NCBI GenBank assembly: GCA_045805065.1
Contig: JBJMMA010000030.1
Location: 1 to 23,151 of the forward strand
DNA: 23,151 bases
Source of the DNA: Bdellovibrionia bacterium
GTDB lineage: Bacteria > Bdellovibrionota > UBA1018
Reading direction: 5' to 3'
Within the stretch, counting starts at the first letter, position 1; every line of letters begins with the position of its first letter. The notes under the pieces were generated by a model. That model made no database searches. It was not told the DNA's origin and saw only the letters and a program-made list of their open reading frames with translations. This document shows positions 1-8,412 of the stretch, in pieces. The position numbers and the translations under genes were made by a program.

Positions 1-372
1 CTGAGAGGCTACATGAGCAATGACTCGCTTCCAGAAGGCGCTCTGACCGCCGCGATACTCACGGTCCACGGCATCCGCCCAGATCACCGAGCGGTCCAGG
101 ACTTTCAAATCCTGAGCATTGCGCTCGATCAGCCGGACCGTCGATTTGGCGTCCTCAACGAAAACAGCTTGGCTTGCCCCCCGGGAAAGCGCTTCAAAGC
201 CGAGCGCCCCGGAGCCAGCAAAAAGATCCAAGATCCGAGCGTCCGGAATCAGAGTTTGAATGGAATTAAATAAAGCCTGACGCAAGCGCGCCTGCGTGGG
301 GCGCGTATGCTGATGCTTTGGGGTCTGAATGATGCGACCGCGGAACTCTCCGCCAGTTAGCCTGAGGCTCAC
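1..372 (-). CDS. rsmD: 16S rRNA m2G966 methyltransferase RsmD (3' end runs off the window; not in ORF track)
   Basis: Manual translation from GTG at 372: MSLRLTGGEFRGRIIQTP..TRPTQARLRQALFN..ILDLFAGSGALGFEALSRGA..VFVE. These are the RsmD/YhhF signature motifs. Confidence 0.93.
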   Translation of the reverse strand, partial: MSLRLTGGEFRGRIIQTPKHQHTRPTQARLRQALFNSIQTLIPDARILDLFAGSGALGFEALSRGASQAVFVEDAKSTVRLIERNAQDLKVLDRSVIWADAVDREYRGGQSAFWKRVIAHVASQ

Positions 373-391
373 GGTAGATTGATTACCGGAA

Positions 392-1114
392 TCAGGCTAC
401 GCGACGCAACGTCTTTTGGCGGCCCACTGGAATTTTAAATTCGGTTCCGTCAGCGAGCTCGATCTTCAAGAAATCGTCCGAGAAACCCACGGTCACTTCC
501 TGACCTGCAAACTCATACTTCAACTTGAGAGTCATGCTGCCCGTGAGGCTCATGGTGAGACTTGGCGAGGACTCATCGTTTGTTTGTGGGGCCTGTGGTG
601 TTTGTGAGGTGTTGCTCATCACTGGAGTTTCCTTTACGAAAATAGGAGCTGAAGCTGGAACTTCGGCCGCTTCGCTTTGGCGACGGGCCTGATCATCAAA
701 GGTCTGATCGAGCAAAGTTTTCACCGTTGGATCATCCTTCAGCTCAGCCAAAGTGCTTTCCATCGACTCACCGAGGTCGGAGACCTCACCTGCTTCGAGC
801 GAAGCATGAAATTCTTTCATGAGATCATCGGCACTCGCTTCTTCTGAAATACCAGATGAAATATTGGGTGAAACACTTGCTGAAACGTCCTCAGCAAGGG
901 CTGCGAGCTCTTTCGCTACTTCGGTAGCTTGCGCAAGAGTGGGAGCGGCACTTGGAGCTGCTGGCGTATCGACGGACGAAAGCACCTGAGCCATCTCTTT
1001 GGCTACGGCCTGCGTATCTACCGCTTCGGCCTCGGAGCTGAGCTCTTTGCGCAGTTCTTCCACCTCACTAAGGATCTGATCGATGTCGTTTTGATTCTGC
1101 TGATTTGAGCTCAT
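392..1114 (-). CDS. Hypothetical acidic, largely low-complexity protein with small C-terminal beta-rich domain
   Basis: 240-aa ORF with GGGAGG RBS (1121-1126) before the ATG. E/D/A/S-rich; ends 19 nt before the rsmD start, so probably co-transcribed. Confidence 0.85.
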   Translation of the reverse strand: MSSNQQNQNDIDQILSEVEELRKELSSEAEAVDTQAVAKEMAQVLSSVDTPAAPSAAPTLAQATEVAKELAALAEDVSASVSPNISSGISEEASADDLMKEFHASLEAGEVSDLGESMESTLAELKDDPTVKTLLDQTFDDQARRQSEAAEVPASAPIFVKETPVMSNTSQTPQAPQTNDESSPSLTMSLTGSMTLKLKYEFAGQEVTVGFSDDFLKIELADGTEFKIPVGRQKTLRRVA

Positions 1115-1394
1115 GCTGCACCTCCCTTATGCGCTTCAAACTCTTCTCGGCCGGAAGGGCTCCGAAGTTAAGGATTTGAAATGCGAAAAAAAGATGATGT
1201 CCCTTTATGGGCGCTCAAAAAGCGTGCGCCGCGTTAGCCCCGCGAAATCACTCATGACGCGGTTTTCAGCTAAATTTAGTCGCCAAAGAAAGCAAACTTT
1301 TGGTATCACAGCGGTCTCCTATCCATCGATTGCTCCGTGTGGGGGCGGTTCGAGTAGTGAAAGTAGTAGTGTTCGTTACTTTTTAAGAGTGGTC

Positions 1395-4214
1395 ATGGAT
1401 CAAACCCACCTGTCGAAAAATCTGCGCTCATTGCTGATGCCCTCAGGGCTTCCGCGCAATACAAGCAATTTGGGTAATCCTCTTTCGGCTGGCCTGACAA
1501 CTAGCACGACGACGTCCCTGCCGACGCCCGAAAAGCCAATCATTCCGCCACCTCCCCCAGTTCCAACTTTCACAGGACCTGCACCGTCTGAGGCAGCTTC
1601 CCAATGCCAGGTAAGGATTCCAACGCAGCCCAGCCAACTTGGCGCGTTTCTTCCCCTCTTTTTGTCGCTCAAAGCTCAAATCTTACAAGATCTTGAGAAC
1701 AATCTAGTGCGTCTCCTGACTTTGAACATGAGCCGCCGCGAAGCTGTGGCTCAGTATTTGGACCGTCTCTCCGGCCACACACCCGGCCCAACTGCCATCG
1801 CAGGAAACACGGATGCCGCAGGTGGACTGAGGCGCTGGATTGAAGGCCCTCGCAGCCCTGCACAAGCTCACGCTCTCCAGGCCTATCTGGAAGAAGTGGC
1901 GCTCATCACCTTAGGTCAGGCGATTTTGCTCAAGGGTTGGTCGGATCGGGCCATTCGCGCCTGGACCGAAGCCGATCTCAAGGACCTCAACTGGGCCATG
2001 CATGCGGCACTCAAGCCTCATATTCCATTAGACCGTGAGAGCTGGCAGGTTGCGCGTCAAAATATTTACTCCTGGTACAAGCCAAGCCCGCAAGTTCAGC
2101 GCGAGATCTGGTCTGCGCTTGAGTCGTGGAAACTCTCCAACGAAGACCCGCTCTTTATCGGCACCCTTCTTTCTTCTGCCAAGAAAGCCTGCCCTGAGTA
2201 CGTCGAGCCACAAGGCTACGATTCAAGACTCTTCAAGGCGATCTGGGAAAAGATGCCGCTCTTTGGCTTTGATCCATCCGCAAGCAGCGGACCTTTGAAG
2301 CGCCACTGGGCTGTTTTCTCTCCGACCTTGCGCGATGGCGCCATGGTTCGCACGGGTCCTGGTTCGGTCCACTGGATCGGACTCGAAGCCTCCTGTTTTC
2401 AGCTCATGATGACGGAGCTCATGCAACTTTGGTGGGGCCAGGCAGCGCCTCCTCTCTGGGCCATTGGAAATGGCCTGGAAGTCCACACGCGCGATCAGCT
2501 CACCTTGAGCCTGGGCTCGCCTAAGCCATCCCTTCTGTCTCGGATCGCTGAAATGGAAGCCTGCGATGTCGCATTCGTTCTTGAAGAGCGTGCCGTTCGC
2601 GCCCAGGGACGAAGCGCTGAGGCTCAGCGCTTTCGTGAGCAAGTCGAAGGCGTCTCTTACTTCAAGAAGCTTCGTGCGCCTGGAACCACTCTGGGCGATC
2701 TTCAAGCCTGCGTTGCACTCTCCAAGCTCAGACCTGGAGGCCTTCTCTGGTGGTCTCGTGAAGAACCGCTTGAGTCTCGCGATGGCGAGGGCATGCTGAA
2801 CTTCCTTCTCGAGCGCGGAAAGCTCATTTGCGAATGGAATCTCTCTGAGATCACGCACGCGCTGCCTCATTCTCCAGCGACAGGTGCCGCAAAACCCCTC
2901 TTCCCGAAATTTCTTTACCTCTTCATCCGCGAGCCGCGCGTTGAGGAGCGACTCAATAATCGTCCAGTGCGCCTCTCGGTGCAGGGCCAGATCCGAAGCC
3001 ATGTCGAGCTTCCGATTCTTCTCGAAGACGCGCTTCAAGGCGCGATCCGTCCAACGGGCGCGCGCGGCCAATGGCAAGTTCACGCTCAGCACAGTCCATC
3101 CACTCAAAAGGAATGGGCAGATCGTTGGCCGGATCCGACCTGCCAGAACACGGTTCGTTTTGTCGAACGCCTGCGCGAGATCTCGCTTCCGCTTGCAAGC
3201 GCCACGACGATCCGCCAGACGCCCGAAGGCGATCCCAATCGCAACGGATCGTGGAGTGTTCACAACGCGCTTCACGGTTTTTGGATTCAGGCCACTCAAG
3301 GTCCGGAAGGACGAAAGCTCGTCACGCAGCCTCTTCCCCGTCCAGGAAAAGAAGCTCAAGGCTCAGGCTTCCTGATTCTCGTAACGGATGAAAACAGTAT
3401 CGCGCCTCTGAAGCATTATCTTGAGTCGGCCACCGTTCAGCAGTGGCTCGAGTACCATTGCGAGCGCCGCGGGGACCGCTGGGTCCTGAACGAGCAGAGT
3501 GTGCGCTGGATTCCTGTTCCTAAGATGCTCCTTCGTGCCCTGGGTGTGGGCATCCAGGACCGCATGGGAGAAGGCCTGGGCATGCAAGGCGCGCCGCTGC
3601 CACTTCCGCTTCCAGGAGAATGGGAGCGTCTGGCTTCACAGATTTCCGCTCATCCGGGCCTGGTTCGCGAGGCTTTGGATCGCCTGCATTCGCACGACGA
3701 CCCAAGCATGGATCGCGCACAGATTCTCGCCGAGCTTTTTGTCCGCACGGCAAGAACGATTGAGTCTTTGCGCACTTCTTCCGGTCCGCTCCTGAGCCTG
3801 GTAGGTCAGGAAGGAAAGATCCGCTGGTCACAGCTTTTGAAGATTCTGCCAAAGCCCGAGATCACTGCGATCACGCTTCATCCGCGCGTGACGCTCTCAG
3901 GCTCACTGCCTCTTCATCTTCCGATCTCCCAGATCGCGCCAACCAAGGTTCCATCGCCTGGAATCCTGCTCTCCACCGAAGCCGGAATCTCGATTAAGAT
4001 CCATTCGGACATGCCGAACCTTCTTGAAATGATCTGGGAACAATTGGAAGGCTTGAGCAGCCCGACTTGGAGCGAGCTCTTGCAGTACCTCAAGCTTCCT
4101 CGCCGCATGGAATTGGCTGAGACCACGGCATCGGACGTTCTGCGCTCGCATGGAGAACAAACGCGCCGCATTCGCGATTTGCTTGAGTTGCTAGCCGCAT
4201 GTTCGAATTTTTGA
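1395..4214 (+). CDS. Large protein with degenerate type IIG/TaqI-like N6-adenine DNA methyltransferase architecture (probable pseudo-enzyme)
   Basis: Long ORF; ATG 1395 preferred over 1113, which overlaps the divergent gene's start and RBS. Motif-like segments in MTase order: VFSPTLRDGAM (motif I position), WIGLEASCFQLMMTEL, IGNGL, CDVAFVLEE (NPPY position), LSKLRPGGLL, and TRD-like LKHYLES..RWIPVP. The CDS is secure; the fold call is by eye. Confidence 0.7.
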   Translation: MDQTHLSKNLRSLLMPSGLPRNTSNLGNPLSAGLTTSTTTSLPTPEKPIIPPPPPVPTFTGPAPSEAASQCQVRIPTQPSQLGAFLPLFLSLKAQILQDLENNLVRLLTLNMSRREAVAQYLDRLSGHTPGPTAIAGNTDAAGGLRRWIEGPRSPAQAHALQAYLEEVALITLGQAILLKGWSDRAIRAWTEADLKDLNWAMHAALKPHIPLDRESWQVARQNIYSWYKPSPQVQREIWSALESWKLSNEDPLFIGTLLSSAKKACPEYVEPQGYDSRLFKAIWEKMPLFGFDPSASSGPLKRHWAVFSPTLRDGAMVRTGPGSVHWIGLEASCFQLMMTELMQLWWGQAAPPLWAIGNGLEVHTRDQLTLSLGSPKPSLLSRIAEMEACDVAFVLEERAVRAQGRSAEAQRFREQVEGVSYFKKLRAPGTTLGDLQACVALSKLRPGGLLWWSREEPLESRDGEGMLNFLLERGKLICEWNLSEITHALPHSPATGAAKPLFPKFLYLFIREPRVEERLNNRPVRLSVQGQIRSHVELPILLEDALQGAIRPTGARGQWQVHAQHSPSTQKEWADRWPDPTCQNTVRFVERLREISLPLASATTIRQTPEGDPNRNGSWSVHNALHGFWIQATQGPEGRKLVTQPLPRPGKEAQGSGFLILVTDENSIAPLKHYLESATVQQWLEYHCERRGDRWVLNEQSVRWIPVPKMLLRALGVGIQDRMGEGLGMQGAPLPLPLPGEWERLASQISAHPGLVREALDRLHSHDDPSMDRAQILAELFVRTARTIESLRTSSGPLLSLVGQEGKIRWSQLLKILPKPEITAITLHPRVTLSGSLPLHLPISQIAPTKVPSPGILLSTEAGISIKIHSDMPNLLEMIWEQLEGLSSPTWSELLQYLKLPRRMELAETTASDVLRSHGEQTRRIRDLLELLAACSNF

Positions 4215-4724
4215 CACACTCGGTTTCGGACACTGTCTAAAAATTCGACAGTTGTTGAGCGCAAGTTTGATACGGCACTCGAAATTTTCCCAAAATTTTG
4301 AGCGATTCTGAAGGCTTCCCAAAAGGCATAATCGCGGTTCTCTTTCGCGGCTGAAAGAATGAACTGTTTCATTCATTGGCACTCGCGCTGCATTAACTCT
4401 CTGCGTGTGACGTTGGTTGAAAAAATATGGTGTCCAACACATTCCCGATTCCGATCCCTATCGGCAACCCGGGATGTGAGTTTTTTAGAACCATCGCCTG
4501 AGCGATCTTCAAATGATGACTCAGGCGATGTTTGTGAAAAGCACCTTTAACTCTCCCCCTCATTCAAATCCTACCGGGGCACTTCATCTTGGACCGAGTG
4601 CCCCACCCCTCTCCTGACTCTCTCTAAGCGCGTCTTGCAATTCTTTGTGACGCGATGCAGTTTTCAAATTCATTGTTTCTCCATCTAAAAGTGCTAGACC
4701 TGAATCGAAAGGAATCATTTCCCT

Positions 4725-5744
4725 ATGAAATCGAATCAGCTCTTCACGACCGTTATTGGAGCTCTTGCTCTTGTCAGCTCAGCGTCTGCTTTGGCAGCTC
4801 CGTCTGTGCGCACTTACTCTTACAGCGCTCGCGTTCCTGCAACGGGCGCAAGCTGCACTGCTGCTGCACAAGACCTGGCTCAGAAAATCCAGGCTGCAGC
4901 TCCAACGGCCAAGAATGTTCAGGGCATCTGCGTGGCTCGCGCTAACTTCAAGGATCTCGGCGAGTAATTCGGAGTCGACTGCCTGAAGGTCACTTACGAT
5001 ACCGCTGATTACCCTGTGGCGCTGACTTCGATTCAATTCCCAAGCTTTGAGTTCAACGAGCTTCACGCTTATCCGAACTATCGTGACTGCTTGAACGACC
5101 TCGCAACTCAATCCGCGATCTTCACGCAGGCAACGGGACTCAGCATCCTCGCCGGCTCTTGCGCTCCGAACGCTGACTCTTACTCTGGCTTCGTACTCAA
5201 AATCGAAGCCACAGGCCAACCTACTCGCACGATGCACGTGATGCACAACCTGGCCAGCGTCCGCCTGGAAGCAAATGCCGAATGGAAGGCCACGATCCTA
5301 AACCTCATCTCCAAAGTCGGAGGCATCGTTGCCAAGAGCGGTAGCGACATGATCGCCTACTACGCTCCAGGCAACGTGGTGGTCGATTCCAAGCATTGGC
5401 TTCGCACCGACACTTTGGAACAATGCCAATCTCAGGTGAATGAGATCACTTCCATGAGCGCCAAGCTGGGCGCTAAGAACATCGTGGCAACCTGCCACGC
5501 TGACTATGCTCCTGCAGACGGCGCAAGAATCCACTACTACCTCGATACCGCAGTGGACACTTCCTTGCTCACCGCCTTCACTAACACCTACCATGACACT
5601 TTCTTCAGCTTTGACGAGTGCATGGCAGTCCGCCAGTCGATCCTTGACCGTGAGCCGAATGCCAAGGCCTGGATGGGATCTTTCTGCACGGCTTCGGACT
5701 TTGGCGACGATCGCTACAACTTCCAGATCGTGACTCGCTTCTAA
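4725..5744 (+). pseudogene. Secreted Cys-containing protein (~339 codons) interrupted by one in-frame TAA at 4965-4967
   Basis: ORFs 4725..4967 (signal peptide ..SASALA-A) and 5016..5744 are in the same frame. The 16 codons between them (FGVDCLKVTYDTADYP) are open. Confidence 0.8.
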
Positions 5745-5766
5745 TCCGTCTTTTAGAATGCCTTTC

Positions 5767-5820
5767 CAAGCGCGGGATCCCGGTTCAGACCAGAAAGTCT
5801 GGACTTGGATCCCGCGTTTG
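5767..5820 (+). terminator. Long GC-rich hairpin after the secreted-protein gene, probable terminator or stabiliser
   Basis: caagcgcgggatcc-cggttcagac / gtctggact-tggatcccgcgtttg, starting 22 nt after the stop. The U-tract is weak. Confidence 0.65.
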
Positions 5821-5859
5821 CTTTACAGCCCGGGCCAGATTCCGTTAAACTTTCAATAG

Positions 5860-6600
5860 ATGGATTTGGAACCTATTGGGTCAACGCCCTGGCATGAACG
5901 CCTGGCCACCCACTCGCATCACCGCCGTTTTGATTACCTCGTTGAGCTTCACCGCCTGACGGAGACCTGGCTTCGCGAGCTTCAAGTCGAGCGACCAGCC
6001 CATTCTCTGGGTCGCGGCCTGGGCCCGGAAGTCGCCGGCAATCTCTGGATGCTTGAGAATCCATCCGAAAGAGGCCTTGAGGCACTTTTGGATGACACCT
6101 CGGCCGAGGACGTCCTCTCGCGTCTCGAGCGAACCATCTGGGCGGCGCAAGCTTACACCTTGGGTCAGCTTTTGGAACGAACCGCAGCCAGCGAGCGCTC
6201 GGTCCTGGACAGCATCCTGGAACAAACCTCCTGGAAACTGGGACGCGCCTACGCTGAAAAGCGTTGGTCACAGCTGGCTCAAGAGAACCGTCAGAACATG
6301 GGTCGCATCCTCCTGGCCTTTGGCGATTCCCCCTTTGGGGCTGCCCCTTTTGGCTCATCCAATGAAGGGCGCTCATTTCTGGTTCTCAGGGCAACTCGGC
6401 CCGAAGCTCATATCGAGCTTCACCACTGCCCTCATCAATCCGTCTTCAGTGAAGTGAACCGTATTGCTGACGAGCTTTGTACGATCCATCACCATTGGGT
6501 TCGTGGCTTTGCCTATGGGCTTCATCACCGCCTTCAAGTGAGTCAGCATAAAAACACCCATCGCTGTGGGCAGCGCTGGTATTTTGCTCATGTCCTCTAA
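5860..6600 (+). CDS. Hypothetical protein with C-terminal V4R-like (CP...C...C) ligand/metal-binding domain
   Basis: 246 aa. IELHHCPH..ELCTIHHHWVRGFAYGL..HRC resembles the V4R Cys pattern. Confidence 0.65.
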   Translation: MDLEPIGSTPWHERLATHSHHRRFDYLVELHRLTETWLRELQVERPAHSLGRGLGPEVAGNLWMLENPSERGLEALLDDTSAEDVLSRLERTIWAAQAYTLGQLLERTAASERSVLDSILEQTSWKLGRAYAEKRWSQLAQENRQNMGRILLAFGDSPFGAAPFGSSNEGRSFLVLRATRPEAHIELHHCPHQSVFSEVNRIADELCTIHHHWVRGFAYGLHHRLQVSQHKNTHRCGQRWYFAHVL

Positions 6601-8389
6601 CCGCTCGGCTCACGATCGACTTCTTGCGCTTCAGAAAAAGATCCATCGCTCGCTCCAACAGCAAGCCATGCGTCTGATGGGAGAAATGCCCGAATCCATC
6701 CGCCGCTATGAGCGCGAGTACCGCGAGGACTTCAAGCGAATCCCCAGACGCCCCCAGCTCGCTGACAAAGGTGAGCTCATTCAGGAGATCAGAAAAGCCG
6801 ACGTCACTCTGATCGGGGATTATCACACTTTTGCGCAGGCCCAGCGGACCGCGCTTCGAATTCTTCGAGAGTCCGTCCAGAAGGGTGAAAGCTGGTATCT
6901 GGGCCTGGAGATGTTTCCCAGTCACAAACAGGATGCTCTGGATCGCTTTCAATTAGGACAAGTCTCCGAGGCTCATTTCCTGAAGGAAATCGGCTACGAA
7001 GAAGAATGGGGATTTCCTTGGCGCCATTACGCTCCGATCATTCATTGGGCAATCCGCAATCGCGTGAAGCTCGTCGCGCTCAATCGCCCGTCCATACTCA
7101 GGCAAACCCATGAGGCAGATGAGAACGAGCTTTACGAGCGCGACCGCTGGGCGGCGGGCATCATCACGGATACCTTTCACGCCGCGCGCGAAGCTCATGT
7201 GAAGCGCCCGCGAATGATCGTGCTTTTTGGAGAGCTTCATATCGGAAAGAAGCATCTTCCTCAGACGATCAAAGATGTTTCAACATCGACTCTGAACCGA
7301 TCCCTTCGCACTCTGATTCTTCATCAAAACCAGGATGACCTCTATTGGAAGATGGCAAGCCAGGGTCGCGAGCTTGAAGCTCAAGTCATCAGGCTCAGGC
7401 AAAGAAGCTATTGCGTTCTCTCGAGCCCGCCCTGGGCCAAATGGCAATCCGTCATCAATTGGGCCGAAGGAGCACATGCGAGCCCTGCTTCGCTTTCTGG
7501 CGGCAAATTCGCCAATCCCTACGAAAGCGATTATGAAGATGATTGCGAAGATGACTCCGAAGACGAGGAACCGATTGATCCTCTTTCGCTCATGACTCAG
7601 TACGCGGCAATCGTTTCGGAGTTTTTTGGAATCCCCAAGCCCTCTTTTGATGAGCTCGATGTCTACACGATTCGAAACGCTGACTTTTCCGAAAATTTAA
7701 AGGATTCCCATCTGAGCCCGATCGAAAAAAGGCTCATCCGATATCACGTTCTTCACCATCACAGGGTTTACATCCCAAGCGCACCTCTGGCTTATCTAGC
7801 TGCTCCCAATGAGAACGGGGCCGCCGAAATCGCATCGATTCACCTTTTTCGAACCGCCTTGGCAAGCTCGAGCTCCCAGAATCCTTCAGCGCCCAAGCAA
7901 CTGGAGCAAAAGGCGGCCTCTTTCTATCAGTGGATCCTCGACCATGCGTTTGGTTTCTTTGGAAGCCTCGTGCTCAATCCCCGAAGAAAATGTGATCTCA
8001 TTGCCGATCACGAGCAGAGAATCCTGGAACTGAAAAAAGGAGCCAAAGCTTCTTATCCCCATGAGAAGGCCGCGCGGGAACTAGCCTATCAAATCCTCTC
8101 CTCTGCCATTGAGGAAGGAAGTGGTGAGCCTCCTGAAGCGCTCATCTTCTATTTGAAAAACCCAGGCCTCGCACCTGCGCTTTTCTTTGCGGCACGCTAC
8201 GTCGGCTTTGCTCTAGCCAAGCAAGTTCATCACGCCTTGCTGCAGGAGAAAACAAGCCTGAATCAGCTAAAGAGAGTGTTTTTCGGAGATCCGGACACGT
8301 CCCTTCCCCCCTCCTACTGGCGCTTTCACTCTCTTAAAAGCACGGCGCTCAAGGGCCCCATTGCTGCAAGCAAAACCGAAAGCCTGTAG
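6590..8389 (+). CDS. ChaN-like (Tiki/TraB/ChaN superfamily) domain protein with long C-terminal extension, no signal peptide
   Basis: ADVTLIGDYH..LGLEMF..QDALDRF..WGFPWRHYAPI..KLVALN..ERD..LFGELH matches ChaN-family motifs. ATG 6590 overlaps the upstream gene's end by 11 nt. Confidence 0.8.
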   Translation: MSSNRSAHDRLLALQKKIHRSLQQQAMRLMGEMPESIRRYEREYREDFKRIPRRPQLADKGELIQEIRKADVTLIGDYHTFAQAQRTALRILRESVQKGESWYLGLEMFPSHKQDALDRFQLGQVSEAHFLKEIGYEEEWGFPWRHYAPIIHWAIRNRVKLVALNRPSILRQTHEADENELYERDRWAAGIITDTFHAAREAHVKRPRMIVLFGELHIGKKHLPQTIKDVSTSTLNRSLRTLILHQNQDDLYWKMASQGRELEAQVIRLRQRSYCVLSSPPWAKWQSVINWAEGAHASPASLSGGKFANPYESDYEDDCEDDSEDEEPIDPLSLMTQYAAIVSEFFGIPKPSFDELDVYTIRNADFSENLKDSHLSPIEKRLIRYHVLHHHRVYIPSAPLAYLAAPNENGAAEIASIHLFRTALASSSSQNPSAPKQLEQKAASFYQWILDHAFGFFGSLVLNPRRKCDLIADHEQRILELKKGAKASYPHEKAARELAYQILSSAIEEGSGEPPEALIFYLKNPGLAPALFFAARYVGFALAKQVHHALLQEKTSLNQLKRVFFGDPDTSLPPSYWRFHSLKSTALKGPIAASKTESL

Positions 8390-8412
8390 GCGAGATCCGC
8401 TGACCAAATCAG

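Noticed and set aside
13..273. 86-aa plus-strand ORF
   Set aside because: Shadow of rsmD on the minus strand.
1113..1394. N-terminal extension giving 1033 aa
   Set aside because: Overlaps the start and RBS of the divergent gene and leaves no promoter space; the translated sequence looks non-coding.
2223..3359. 378-aa antisense ORF
   Set aside because: Lies wholly inside the large plus-strand gene, with no motifs; typical antisense shadow.
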